Counted from the first letter of the stretch, positions 51,154 to 63,380 are shown. The stretch: 64,000 nucleotides of DNA from Ramazzottius varieornatus (GCA_001949185.1 BDGG01000001.1:1982478-2046477), one strand, 5' to 3'. Numbers and translations: made by a program. The notes: generated from the letters alone by a model not told the origin.

Positions 51154-53543
51154 TCAAGCAGCTTGTTGTTCTCGTGCCGAGGTTTGGGTAGCGAGCCTTT
51201 TCTTCTCGCGATAGGCATTCTTCTTGTCGATAATGTTGGCCAAAGCGGCGTACACTTGTGTGACTACAGGTGGTGGGTCGTCTACAGCGTCAACGAAGCA
51301 ATCCTCGCCCTCCGCTTCGATGGAAGACTCGAGCAGCAGTGAATTCCTTGTAGTTGAAACCTCGCTCGGACCTTCTGGAGACAGTCGGGACATAGTCTTA
51401 CTGGATGACACGTTGACTGCAGGTGCTGCTGGTACCACCACAGGTTTCTGTCTCAGCTGAACGCCATTTCCACCGTTGTTCGTAGGCTGTGATTCCGGTT
51501 TCACTTCCGGCTTGGTGTTGTCACTGAAACTGCTGAAACCCAAAGGGGCGGTGGTAATGGTCGGCGTGAAAGGGTTCTCCAAATCTTTTGCATCAAACAC
51601 TTTGGTCGCGACAGTGGGAACATCGCGTCGGGTGGCAGCGTGGTTCTTGGGAAGATTGTCTGCCAATGTTGGAGGCTTTGCCTGAAGTGGGTAGAAATTA
51701 AAACTCATTCATAACAAGAATGCCATATTTTGATATCTGGGAGCTGGGCATTTAAACGTATGTCTAGTGCTTCTCACAAGGCGACTTGAGTTGGTGCACT
51801 ATTCCAGCCAGAGATAATGGAAGCGTGCGCCACTTACGCTAACGATCTTGTACGTTTCGCTTGGCCAGCTCTAAAACACAGTAGGAAAAAGTATCTTCGG
51901 AACTTTTGGTTCAGGTACCTTGTGGAAGCGGAAAGAAGCAAACCGCGGGATAGAAAAGCTCTTCACCGGCTTATATTCCTGCACAGCTTCGGCGTCCAGC
52001 GGCACGCGCCCGCGGAAGAAGGCGTGGTTTTCTATGGCGAACCTCCACAGTAACTTGGCGTCTTGCTCGCTCTTGCAGCGGAATTCGCATTTGTGATCGG
52101 TGTAATGAGGACCGGTTGCGTTGGCTGGATTGACTTGCCGCACGGTGAAGCAGAAGGTGCTTCGACGGCACGACATCTCCAGGATCTGGTTCCACCGGTA
52201 ACGTGTCACTTCCTTGTGGGTTCTTTCCTCAGGCACAGAGACTCCACGAGCTGAGATACCAAGATCCACCATGGAACTATTTGAATCCTGGAGCATAAAC
52301 ATTATCGTCGAGATAAAATTAGAGAAAAAGAGAATCGTACATGCCTTGACAGCAAAGCGGAAAACTCCGAACAGCGGTAGTCCTTGAGCGTGCTCAAGGT
52401 ATGTCACTTCCGCTTGCGCGATCGTCAAACCGCTGCAACAGGAACAAGCTGATGAAATTCAATATTACTGGGTCATTGACATGAGATTAAACAGCGAACG
52501 GATTTCCTGCGACACCTTAAATTGAATCGGTGTCTTTCCATGACACGTCGCTCGGTTTCGGCCGTTCTGTACTTGGCCGGAAGTATGTCCAGCGTGGAAA
52601 CGTAGTTGTCCAAATGCAGTGCGGGGTCGAAGGACCCGAGGTGGATCTGGACCATGAGGGCGGCAAAGACGATGAGGTCTTGAGTTGTTATTGGCAGTCT
52701 TCAACGAGGAAATGGTTGAGATGGCACAAAGCGCTCCAGTTCAAACACAAAAAGCCGTTGATCTACGTACTAACCTTCCGGAGAGGATATCTTGTTGCGT
52801 TTGTAAGATGATAAAGTATCTAAACAGGGGATTAAGATACTATTATATTCTTGCATGGGAAGAAGAACCTTAACTAACTTCGGCTTACCTGCTCATCGAG
52901 TTGTTCAACAAAGAAGGGTGTGTCGGACAAAACTTTACTCGGAAACAAACACTTTCGAAGCCTGCAACAAGGAAGTCCTACAGTATCTTAACGCGCTCCT
53001 CGATCGGCAGGACTTGTTCAAAACGTTAACACCGATATACCTTTCAGCTGACTTTTGACAGGCTTGTGCGGCTTCAGCCATTTCGTGGTCTGGGTACTTC
53101 CTGATGGCATCGAAAGACCAAAATATTCCTGGTGGTCGATGTGGAGGAAGGTGCAAATACGCTCAAGCAAATACTGTGGCAAGGACTTTTTCTACATAAT
53201 CATGCAAAAACCATCAAATTTCACCGGATAACTTCCCGAGTGGTAATTGTTGAAGACGTACGTGTATGGATAATAGACGGACATAGACATCTACTCTGCT
53301 TCTTACCGGAATAGAAAAGTCCGCCAAGCGGCTATCCAGGAGAGCAACGCGGACCACAATGTCAACGGATCCATCGGACTTCGAACCCGACGAGCCGGAA
53401 GTACCTCTGCTGGCATTTGTCTCCGACACAGGGACGACAGCCGTCGCGGAAATCTTGAAGAGACCATAACGTTCCACGTTCTCTTTGACCACTTTCGTAA
53501 GCTCAGTTTGCATCACGTGGACAGTGTGCTTCTGAGACCCCAT
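51154..53543 (-). CDS. FERM-domain (band 4.1-like) protein, multi-exon
   Basis: VRVALLDS, ICTFLHIDHQEYFGL...KWLKPHKPVKSQL, VQIHLGSFDP, YLEHAQGLPLFGV, YRWNQILEMS and AKLLWRFAIENHAFFR. Confidence 0.9.
51746..51866. repeat. Palindromic element in FERM intron
   Basis: gttggtgcac-N25-gtgcgccactt...aacgatcttgtacgttt. Confidence 0.82.
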
Positions 53544-53988
53544 CTTTTACAAACAACTTCGGGAAGGCTCTTGCCCACGTACAATTAAATATTCTATATG
53601 CAGTTCTTGACTTCTTGTAGAAAAGCGAATCGATCGACAGAAGCTTCGTACGGCAGGAAACGCACGTTTCGCTATACTTGACATGTGCTTCGCTGTGATC
53701 GATGGAGACAAATTTGAACAGTGCTCCTTACGTTATCACCTGATAAAAACCGTCGAAGCAGACAGACACTGATAACAAAAATATCATCAAAATTAAACAT
53801 CGTAAAATGAATATGACGAAGGTGTCAAGTGATAAGGCAAATTAGCGTATCAACAGCACGACGTTTACCTCACTGATAAAACTTACTATGCACACTGTAG
53901 AAAATCAGGCCTGCGATAGTTCCCTCTGAATGCATCGAGGAACCTTAGGGCACCGGATTGGGTTCTCCGGAGACCCCACCGCGAATCT

Positions 53989-54730
53989 TTATCCAACGAT
54001 GTTTTTCTTATTTAGCTTTCCTACGATCTGGCAAGCTTTGTTTTTCAGCTGATCGACAGCTGCGTCTTTGGGCATCCCTGAGATCCAAAACTCATCAAAT
54101 TTATTTTGTGGGATTCGGAAAAGCGCACTGATACCTAAAAAATCAGTTACCCTTCATTGCCGCCCAAGCGTTCATCTTGATTTGCTGGCTCGACCCGAAC
54201 CCAGCTAGCGCCTTTGACCAACTCAAAACTTGTTCTGCTGCAAACAGAGGCCAATGCATCTATAGCCATCGAGTATCCAACTCTAAGGACAAGGATAGCC
54301 TCACGCGAAGAACCTACAAAGCGACTCGGTAGCGTAGTTCACATCTCCGTGGAGAGCTTGAGAAATTAACGCGGAGAGGAAGTTTTTCTCGCTTCGATCG
54401 ATTTCTTTCGCGTTCTTCAGGATATCATTGTATATATCTTCCTAAAAAGTTCAGTGATACATTTGAGCAGTTCGGTTGGAAGAGACAAAAAATACGGGTG
54501 GCGTTTCGCCGAAACGAACTTACGACTGGATCCTGCCTCCCGAGGTAGAACTGTCGAGCCATGATCGCGCTGCTGATAGTGAGAAACAGCGCAAATCCAT
54601 GGTAGTACACCGAATTACTCTGCTTGTGGGCTTTCGCTTGGGACATAGCCAGGAAGAACAAGGAGATGGCAGCCGCGGAGCCTCCCATGGCGTAAACAGG
54701 AAGAGAATTCTGGCAGTAGTCTGGGTCCAT
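53989..54730 (-). CDS. Membrane-anchored, divergent acyl-CoA-binding (ACBP) domain protein, 168 aa, 4 exons
   Basis: Exons 54524-54730, 54318-54441, 54151-54237 and 53989-54077 splice in frame (GT-AG). Two N-terminal hydrophobic helices, then EKNFLSALISQALHGDVN...QIKMNAWAAMKGMPKDAAVDQLKNKA, matching the ACBP pattern QATxGD...KWxAW..LKGxSKExAM. Confidence 0.7.
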
Positions 54731-55646
54731 CCTAACAACCGGAACAAAGAGTCTACGAAAAAAGTCTGAACCACTCTAAAAGTCAGGCCTCCAACTTCGT
54801 GTTACAAACCTTGAGATGGATAGCCGGTTATACACTTCATGGAGGTTGGAGTCCGCGGTATGAGAGTCGCTGCATTGTAACCAGGATACGTCCACTTCCG
54901 GTCCGGAGCAGCGAGGCCAACCTGCAGAAGTAACTACATCAGCTGTTTGTAGGTGCATGTCTCGCCTAGTGCGCGTCAGGTAAGTTTTCAAGCGCAACGT
55001 ACTCTGGTGCAGAGCACGGCCTCATGAGCCAGTTCTTCCCCTCATGTAATCATGATCGCTGCAGAGATAAAGAAAATGTTGGACCTCCTGTGCAAGATAA
55101 TTACGAACGAACAAAAGCTCCAAAGATGAAGCGATAAGACTTCCGGTGGAAATGTTGAGCTAAAGCCTGGCACAGGTTGTCGACCACTGGGCAAAGCCAA
55201 AGCTCCGCCCAGCAGCACAGAATCACATTCAACCTAAACCACGATTGAAACTAACGAGGTGGGTTGTGCTCCTGTACCATTGTTTCTTGAATTTTGTGCT
55301 GGCCCGAGATCGAGCCATGTTTACCAACAGCAGCTTTCCGCAGTTTCATGCGCCACGCTGATAAGCCCTCATCACGGATGCAAGAATCTTTCAGTCGCAA
55401 CTCATCTCTTCCTGGAGATTTTCTCGCTTTCTTCGCAGCGTTTTACCTATCCCAGACATTGTTCCTGTTATCCTGTGAGCTTCCTCTAACCTCAGGTGAG
55501 CGCCCTCTCTTCACTGGCTGGACTTCAATGTGACAGTTCACCTTCATGTTGTGTGCCGTGAATAGTCCCTAGCTGACATCCTTCCGTTTGTTTTTCCAGG
55601 TTCAGTTCTTCCTTGACCTTTGTTCAAGTTCCTCCTCACGTTCACG

Positions 55647-58424
55647 ATGACTACTTATTCCGGACAAGCTCTGGACAGCTGGATCTCGGGCACCGCTACT
55701 CGCCTGTCAATCCCGCAAGCCTCAGGAGTCAAGTCCATCCAGAACTCCGTCCAAGCCAACATGCCACTGTCTGTGCCACCTCCCTTCGACCCTTCCGACA
55801 AGAGCTGGAAGGAGAAGCTTCTACCCACCAAGGATTGCCGTACCAAGACCGAAGTAAGCTTTCTGATCACCCGAAGTATTCTTTCTTTCATACCTGTCAC
55901 TTCCGTGAATTTTATTCCAAGCTTATCCTGAGCTTCGGGCTGTTTTCTTTCCTTTCCTTTCAGGATGTTACCAAGCGTGTAGGGCTGACTTTCGAGGAAT
56001 TTGGCTTGAAACGGGAGCTGCTGATGGGCATTTTCGAGGTTTGGCCTTTCCAGTCTTGAAGGTTGCGGAAATCTGAGCAGGAAGTAACAGTGTTTTTGTG
56101 TTTCCAGATGGGTTACGAAGTTCCATCGCCCATCCAGGTTTGGCTTTTTCTTTATTTTCTTCCTTGTACTCTTTTCTTGGATATTCTGTTCTAACGTCAA
56201 CGGCGGAAGTGTTCTCCGTGTAGGAGAAGGCCATTCCACACGCCTTGAATCCCGACCAAAGAGATGTGGTGGCTCGTGCTAAGAACGGAACCGGAAAGAC
56301 GGCAGCCTACTTGATTCCCGTTTTGCAGAAGATAGACACAAAGGACCAGTCCATCGGTCAACCTCAAGGTACGGTATCGTTCTCCGTTTTCCCCTCCTAA
56401 ACTGGCTGGTTTGACTGTATGAATCGCGTGGCTGAGAGGTGAAATGCGGGACTGAAGAGTTTGTTTCCTTGTAGCTCTCATCGTGGTGCCCACTCGTGAG
56501 TTGGCTCTCCAGACGTCGGCCATCTGCATGGCGCTGGGCAAGCATCTCGGTGTCCAGTCCATGGTCACCACTGGTGGAACCAATCTCCAACAAGATATCA
56601 TGACACTGGGACAAACAGGTAAGCATTTTCTCTAACAGATTCAGCTGAGTTGATCGAGAAAGTTCTGCATTGGATCATTGACTGAGATAAAACAATTTCC
56701 GTACCGGAAGCACAAACTGGATCATTTTGTTTTACAGTGCACGTCATTGTCGCCACACCTGGACGCATTGCTGATCTTCTGATGAACGATTATCGAAAGG
56801 GATACGGCATGTACGGTCAACCCATCCTTCGCATGGACAAGTGCAAGATCTTGGTTCTGGACGAGGTAAGACTTTTTCTGCTATGGGTTTCGCTGGTATT
56901 TGGGACGTCAGCAGACGAGCGTGTCAGAACCTTATCAAGTGGCGCACGTCTGCGCCATTATTAGTTGTAGACGTGCGCCACTTGAAATAACAATCTTGCA
57001 CGTTTTGTTTGCCGGCCTCCCATCTGTCCCTGTTGGTTGGCTTCCGCTCTCTCAGCTTACGGATCCCACGCTCGTAACCCATGCTGAGCATTCTTTTTGC
57101 AGGCGGACAAGCTGTTGTCGCAGGACTTTGCGGAGCACGCGGATCTCCTGATGGACAAGTTACCCAAGGATAAGCAGGTCCTGATGTTCTCTGCCACGTT
57201 TCCGGTCTCCATCAAGTCCTTCCTCGTAAGTTTGACTCATTTCACGCTAGTTTCTCTTGCGTGTTTCTGATTAGCTTTCTCGTGATGCTGTGATCATTAT
57301 CAGGCTTCCTTTTTCTTCTGTTTGGCAGACCAAGTTGAACAACTATGAAGTGATCAACCTGATGTCCGAGCTGACGCTGAAGGGTATCACGCAGTACTAC
57401 GCATACGTTCCCGAGGCCAAGAAGGTTCACTGTCTCAACACTCTCTTCCGCAAGCTCAACGTTAGCCAGTGTAAGTTTCAAATTGCTTATTCTGTTCCAA
57501 GAAAATTCTCTGCATGTTTCACAGTCGAAATTAGGAGGATTTTGTCGACTTTCGGGTACTTCGATCTTTTGAGGCAAAACGGAGCATTGATTTTTGGTTT
57601 TTCGTTTCGTAGCGATCATTTTCTGCAACAGCGCCCAGCGAGCCAGCCTCTTGGCCCAGAAACTGAACGAGTTGAAGTACTCGTGCTACTACGTTCACGC
57701 TCGCATGACGCAGAATCAACGCAACAAGATCTTCCATGACTTCCGTACCGGAATGATCCGCAACCTGGTCGCAACCGGTCAGTGCTTTTTCCTTCAATGA
57801 TGTTCAGCTCATCTCCACAGTTTCTTGAATGCATCGTGTTGTCACCGCTCTCTGATCGAGTTTCCCGTTTGTAGATTTGTTCACTCGCGGGATCGACATT
57901 CAGTCCATCAACGTGGTTGTCAACTTCGACTTCCCACGCATGGCCGAAACCTACCTCCATCGCATCGGACGCTCTGGACGCTTCGGCCATCTCGGTCTAG
58001 CCATCAACCTCATCACAGATGACGACCGCGCGACCATGCACCGCATCGAGCGAGAACTCAACACGGAGATCAAGGCCATCCCCAAGGAAGTCGACAAGCG
58101 CCTCTACGTGGCTGAAGAACAGGTTCTTATACCCTGGTCTCAAATAATGTTCCCGGACTTTTTCGCTTTTCTAACTTTCACCAGAGCGAGAATTGTGTCA
58201 AATCATTTCAGTGAAATAGTTACTCATGTTTTTTTCAGGTGAATTTGGATAAGGACTTCCTGAACGCAGTGGCAGCTGGACGTTTCGCATCGGACCACAC
58301 TTCCTCGTCGAGCTGTGGTGAAGAACTGAAGAAGGTCCAGGAAGGTATGTCCAGAGTTCAGGGAGGAATGCAAGGAATAAACGAGCGTGAGAACACGATG
58401 AAGCAGGAAGTCAGCTCTTCATAA
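55647..58424 (+). CDS. DDX6: DEAD-box RNA helicase DDX6/Me31B/CGH-1, multi-exon
   Basis: [39 protein letters not shown]|[36 protein letters not shown] and [15 protein letters not shown]. Confidence 0.93.
56904..57016. repeat. Palindromic element in the DDX6 intron that splits the DE|AD motif
   Basis: tcaagtggcgcacgtct...agacgtgcgccacttga (17-bp perfect stem; core spacer 25 bp)...caatcttgcacgttttgtttgcc. Confidence 0.92.
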
Positions 58425-58987
58425 ACTTTACTACAGGCTACCTTTACTCTTTTTCCGCTCTTATATCAATTCCTCTTTTCATGTTAGGATCTCCGGTTTT
58501 TGTGGTTGTGATGTTTGATCCCTGGTTTGAAGAAATAAGCTCTACCACCTTTATTGAGTTGTTTTATGTCTTTGTATTCGCATGTTTCTTGTGCTATTGA
58601 CCATGGAGAATCGCTGTCGAAGCTTTCCTCTGGACTTTGCACTGTTTCCGTTTTACGACATCCCTGCTTTGAATTTGATCTGTAGCCTATCAACATTCTG
58701 GACCGTTTTCATATCGATAATCCCGATGTTAGTTTTCTTTCTTCAAATCTTGCCATGTGGGAAAAACCGCTCCTTTATAAAGATGAACCTGTTTCCGCCT
58801 TTCCAGAAGTTCGCGGAAACAAGCTTCCCCCTAAATCAATATCAATCAAGCCTTCAGTCCCATCGAGCGGTGAACGAACCAGCATACGGCCTGCCGAAAC
58901 CACACGTCGTGACGTCTGAGTTTGGCCGTCCTGTGACATCCGAGTTCGAACAGTCCCGCAGTCAGTCCTTCTGTGTCTGCACGCCCA

Positions 58988-59046
58988 CCCCGTCATTCTT
59001 CAAGTAACGCTTTTCCCCGTCATTCTTCAAGTAACGCTTTTCCCCG
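58988..59046. repeat. 27-bp tandem duplication
   Basis: ccccgtcattcttcaagtaacgctttt x2 plus ccccg. Confidence 0.9.
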
Positions 59047-59181
59047 CCACTGTGACAGCCGACCGTAGTGTGGTGCTTGTGCAACAACGACTTGGTATAT
59101 TTGCAGTTTGTTGTTTTGCTTTCCAACTTCCAATCACTGATGAGCTGCTGAAGCGCGCGTTGCTGGAAGGAAGAACGCCGT

Positions 59182-59757
59182 TAGAGATGGGATAAGTGTG
59201 ATTTACCGAGATTTACCGAAACTGAATCGAACTGATCGATTTGGTATGGGAAATTACCGAAACCGGAATTATCGGTGTGAGTCTCACACCGAAAAACCGA
59301 TTTTGGTGTGCGTTCGCACCAAACCGATACCAGATCGAAATTTTTCGGTAAATTGAAACATACCGAAAGGCCCAGAAAGATGAGAGTTTGACCGATTTCT
59401 GAGCGATCCCGAGAAAGTTTTCGGCTTGCAGACTGTATTTCTGCTAGCTTGATAGACAGCCATCCGGTCGAGGAAACCCTCCCAACATCTCAAGACACGC
59501 CAAGCGTTGTGCGCTTGCTGCTCGCCCCGTTCTGCGCCAGTTTCATCTGGTTTTTCCCGTTAATAAGAGAAACTTTATATTATTCGGTTCGCCGATTTTT
59601 CGGTTTGATTTGGTGTGATAAACCGAAATTTCGGTGCAGCAACTTACCAAATCAAAAATATCGGTGTGGACTTCATACTGAAATTTTCGATTCGGTGTAA
59701 GAGTTTACCAAATCGGAAAATACCACACCGATCTTAATCACACTTATCCCATCTCTG
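59182..59757. mobile_element. Non-autonomous DNA transposon (MITE), hAT-like
   Basis: Perfect 21-bp TIR agagatgggataagtgtgatt / aatcacacttatcccatctct with YAGAG ends and many subterminal ACCGA/TCGGT motifs; no coding capacity; 8-bp TSD not evident. Confidence 0.75.
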
Positions 59758-60605
59758 ATGCGTAAAGTATTCTTGACGTCAAGGTGCAATACGGGGCAGA
59801 TTTATATCCATGACGTAACAATTTTGTGACGTCTATGACGGTCAATTTAACCGATGAGTCGGTTAAATTGAAAGAACGCTCTCTCATTCATTGTTTGGTA
59901 GTTAGCTCTCCCTGCTATGGTTGTGCGAATTTTCCACTTCCTTTCTGGTGCCTGATCTCGGATTGTAATCTCTATGTGTCAATCTCTGAAGTTAGTCTTG
60001 ATCGCTTCCACTTGCCAATGCTGTTAGTACTGTATTTTTATGTTTTGTTATCCTCTGACGATCGAGGAAGCCGTCGACTAGATTGTCGAGGCTAAATAAA
60101 TCTATCTATCGGATCAGTGTATCAACCGCTGCTACAGCTTGGAAAAGAAACAAAGTGATCCTTCGGTTGATTGACTGCACCACCTAGCTCGAGATTTGAA
60201 AAAGCATTGTTATCGGCATTCGATGTCAAGGTTTTCTCTATACGAGTCCCAGCTCCGGTAATTTTATGTTCCACCTTTTTTAATCTGCGCGTTTCGGCTT
60301 ACCATGCTCCGACAGACGCGCGGATCAGTAGCACAACAGTGCTTCCAATTGTCCATCTTGACTCCTTCGGAGCTCTTCGAGCGTGAGCTCCAAAGAATTT
60401 GTCCAGGATTAGGACGCACGCATGATCTTCAGGCTGTGGATTGTAGATCGAGCCTTGAGCTTATGATTGCCGTCTGGATACAAAACGGGACCCGCAACAA
60501 CGCCGTCGCCAGGTGGGAGAAGCATATGATTATTTACGACTCTCTCTTACAGGTGTGTCTTAACGTTTCCTCGCTCTGACCTATAGGACCCCCCCCCCCC
60601 CCCCC

Positions 60606-60899
60606 NNNNNNNNNNNNNNNNNNNNNNNNNNNNNNNNNNNNNNNNNNNNNNNNNNNNNNNNNNNNNNNNNNNNNNNNNNNNNNNNNNNNNNNNNNNNNNN
60701 NNNNNNNNNNNNNNNNNNNNNNNNNNNNNNNNNNNNNNNNNNNNNNNNNNNNNNNNNNNNNNNNNNNNNNNNNNNNNNNNNNNNNNNNNNNNNNNNNNNN
60801 NNNNNNNNNNNNNNNNNNNNNNNNNNNNNNNNNNNNNNNNNNNNNNNNNNNNNNNNNNNNNNNNNNNNNNNNNNNNNNNNNNNNNNNNNNNNNNNNNNN
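60606..60899. other. Assembly gap (N run) flanked by poly-C tracts
   Basis: Ns with C homopolymers on both sides. Confidence 0.98.
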
Positions 60900-61274
60900 C
60901 CCCCCCCCCCCCCCCCCTGAGTCTCTCTTCCATCTTCCTCCAGCTCCAAGTCATGTCTAGAGCTTCTCCCGTGGAGAAAGAAGCGGTGGAGAACAGAGCG
61001 AAATCAACGGAGCTTGTCGTTGTTATTCTCGTCGATCGCTACAAACATCACAGAGCATGCAGAGAATCTGATTCTTCGCAGGCATTGCCAGCATACAGGT
61101 TACTTGGTGCTGAGCTCGAAAAAGACGAAGTAAAACAGATACTATTCACCCCGATTGAACCGAAACCGTAATTGCTCAATTCTCGATGTCTTCTTTCAGG
61201 CTGACTCGATCGTTTCTACGTCCAGAGTCTTGCGAAGGATGTCTGATTCGTCCAGGAAAAGTATCTCATTGGGA

Positions 61275-62238
61275 TCAAGGATACCAAGGTTTACGGAGGT
61301 AAGTATTGACTAGAAGATCTTGTAGTCCTCGGTCCGCTGGCTGTCTCGAATCAACAGCAACACCTCCGTAGGGCATACCGCCTATTCCTCCGTAGAAGGG
61401 CTGAGCACCCATGACGCCCATCCCTCCATAACCTCCTCCGTATCCGGCTCCATAAGGAAGGCCCACACCGACACCGCCATACACTCCCGGATAGCCACCG
61501 ATGCCACCTAGTCCGCCTGTTCCTGATAGGCCCACGGACCTGTCATAGGCTAAGGATGGGGAAGCGAGACCTGGACGATCTACTACCCCACCGTAGATCG
61601 AGTTCGTGTCGGTCCCGCCATAAAGACCTGCTCCGGCAAGACCGTTGCCGTATCCCAACGAGTTGTAGCCGAGTGCGCTGCCGCCGCTGTACTGGAACGA
61701 TCCATAGGGATTTTTGTTCTGAGGATTTCGCCAATAACCCAAGAAAGGGTTTCTAGAAGTAAAAAAATAATAACTAGCCGTCAAATAGATTTTGCCACCG
61801 GCAAAACGGCACAACAAAAACTTTTTATTATAAATTATAGGACCAAAAAATAGGGCGTGCGCAGATGAACGCAACCAGATCGTTATCTCAAGTGGCGCGA
61901 GTTTTCTTCGTTATTGGTTGGAAGTCTGCGCCACTTGGTTAAACGATCCCAAATAACGTCTGCAGTGTTGGTTTCCTGGATGGCGTACCCGAAAGCTTGG
62001 TCGTAATAGTCGGATATGGCTCCCCCTATTGGTCCAGCACCTCCTGATTGTCCTACGAAGAGGAAAGACGAGGTTAGTGCGTCACTTGGCCCCTCGGAAA
62101 TTGTGCCCCGAACCGATACAGATGGCTTTAACCAATTTGTATCTCACCTACACAAATAGGTATCCGCCGAAGAAGGAAAGCTAAACAGGAAACGGAAAAG
62201 AAGGCAGAAATACGAGTGGTCAAGGAATTCGAATGCAT
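61275..62238 (-). CDS. Secreted Gly/Tyr-rich structural protein (cuticle/eggshell-type), 3 exons
   Basis: Exon 1 MHSNSLTTRISAFFSVSCLAFLL... (signal-like), exon 2 GQSGGAGPIGGAISDYYDQAFG, exon 3 with GGY/YGG repeats; splice phases are consistent. Confidence 0.7.
61860..61963. repeat. Palindromic element in Gly-rich gene intron
   Basis: gatcgttatctcaagtggcgcga-N25-ctgcgccacttggttaaacgatc. Confidence 0.88.
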
Positions 62239-63380
62239 CTTAATACAAGGTAAGAACAGATTACAGCACCAGAAATAGCTCCTTGGATCATAAAGGAAAA
62301 GTTGACCAAGCAGTTAGCATAACCAGCGGGTACCAGTCGAAAGTAAAGAGTCTCGGAAGTGGGTATTCAGACCACGTAAAGCTGTCTCTGAATGGCTATC
62401 TTGTCCCGGCAATCGGATATGTCGAGAGATAGGATCAAGCAAGGATGAACCATGTGGAGCCAAGTTACTTAGAAGTATTATGACTGACTTGGAAATGAGG
62501 TGGAATGGGCAGAGGCTCTTCTTTTTTTCTCTTTTGCAAGCTTTGCCGAAGTACCCGTCACCGCTTTGATGGGTGCTTGGGGGTGTTATGAGTTTTCTTG
62601 GCAGGTCTTGTACAAACACTGACCGCGGTTACGCACGTTTTGCCTTGTTTTATTAACCAGGTCCAGACGGGTCTAGTCAGTGGGTTTCATGAATTAAATC
62701 TGACGATGACAGAACACTGAATAAGCACTTGGCTTATGAGCGAGTTGCTAAACTAGTATGGGGATATTTTTCTAATGATTTCAACCGTAAAATTTGATTG
62801 AAAGGCGGAAATGGAAAATGGAGGTGAAGACGATCGTTTTCCATTTCATCGGCAGAAATCCAGGTTCAAGTTATGGGTGAACAACCTAAATGCTGCCTGT
62901 GACTTTGGCTTGCATCTCTGATAGCGTAGTGTCTAACTTCCGGTACACTATATACCTCTCCCGAGTCACGTTGGATACCGTGATCGAGTACACGACTGCG
63001 CAATTTACAAAACCTAAACACAGTGACAGAGTGTCGTTTGCCTGATGAAAGAGCGGGCTCACAAAGCATGATTAGGACGGAAATAGATGGTGCTCATCGA
63101 GAGAGAAGAATTTATTAAAATATGGGCATCAGTTTAAGAGCCGAGAACTTGAGTTTTTCGGTGATTAGAGTTCAAGAAAACTCACAGTTGCACTCCAAAA
63201 AGGTCAAGAAAGGTTTTCCGTGAGAGACACTTGAAGTAGTGCAGATTCCTTTATGTGAACCACGACCGACGTTGGAGGAGCTCTTAATGAACGACAGGAT
63301 GTCTCTAGACTAATGGGACGATTACAAAAGAGCTAACAGACCTTTATTCTATCGTTTAAAATGCAGGTGTTTGTCCACGA

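Noticed and set aside
60547-60954. ORFs spanning the N run
   Set aside because: Artefacts of the assembly gap and poly-C.
2486-61963. CRISPR array, integron attC or bacterial REP interpretation of the repeat with constant-length spacers
   Set aside because: Units are inverted pairs dispersed in spliceosomal introns of a eukaryote, not tandem direct repeats. No cas, integrase or transposase gene is in the window, and the spacers share a weak consensus.
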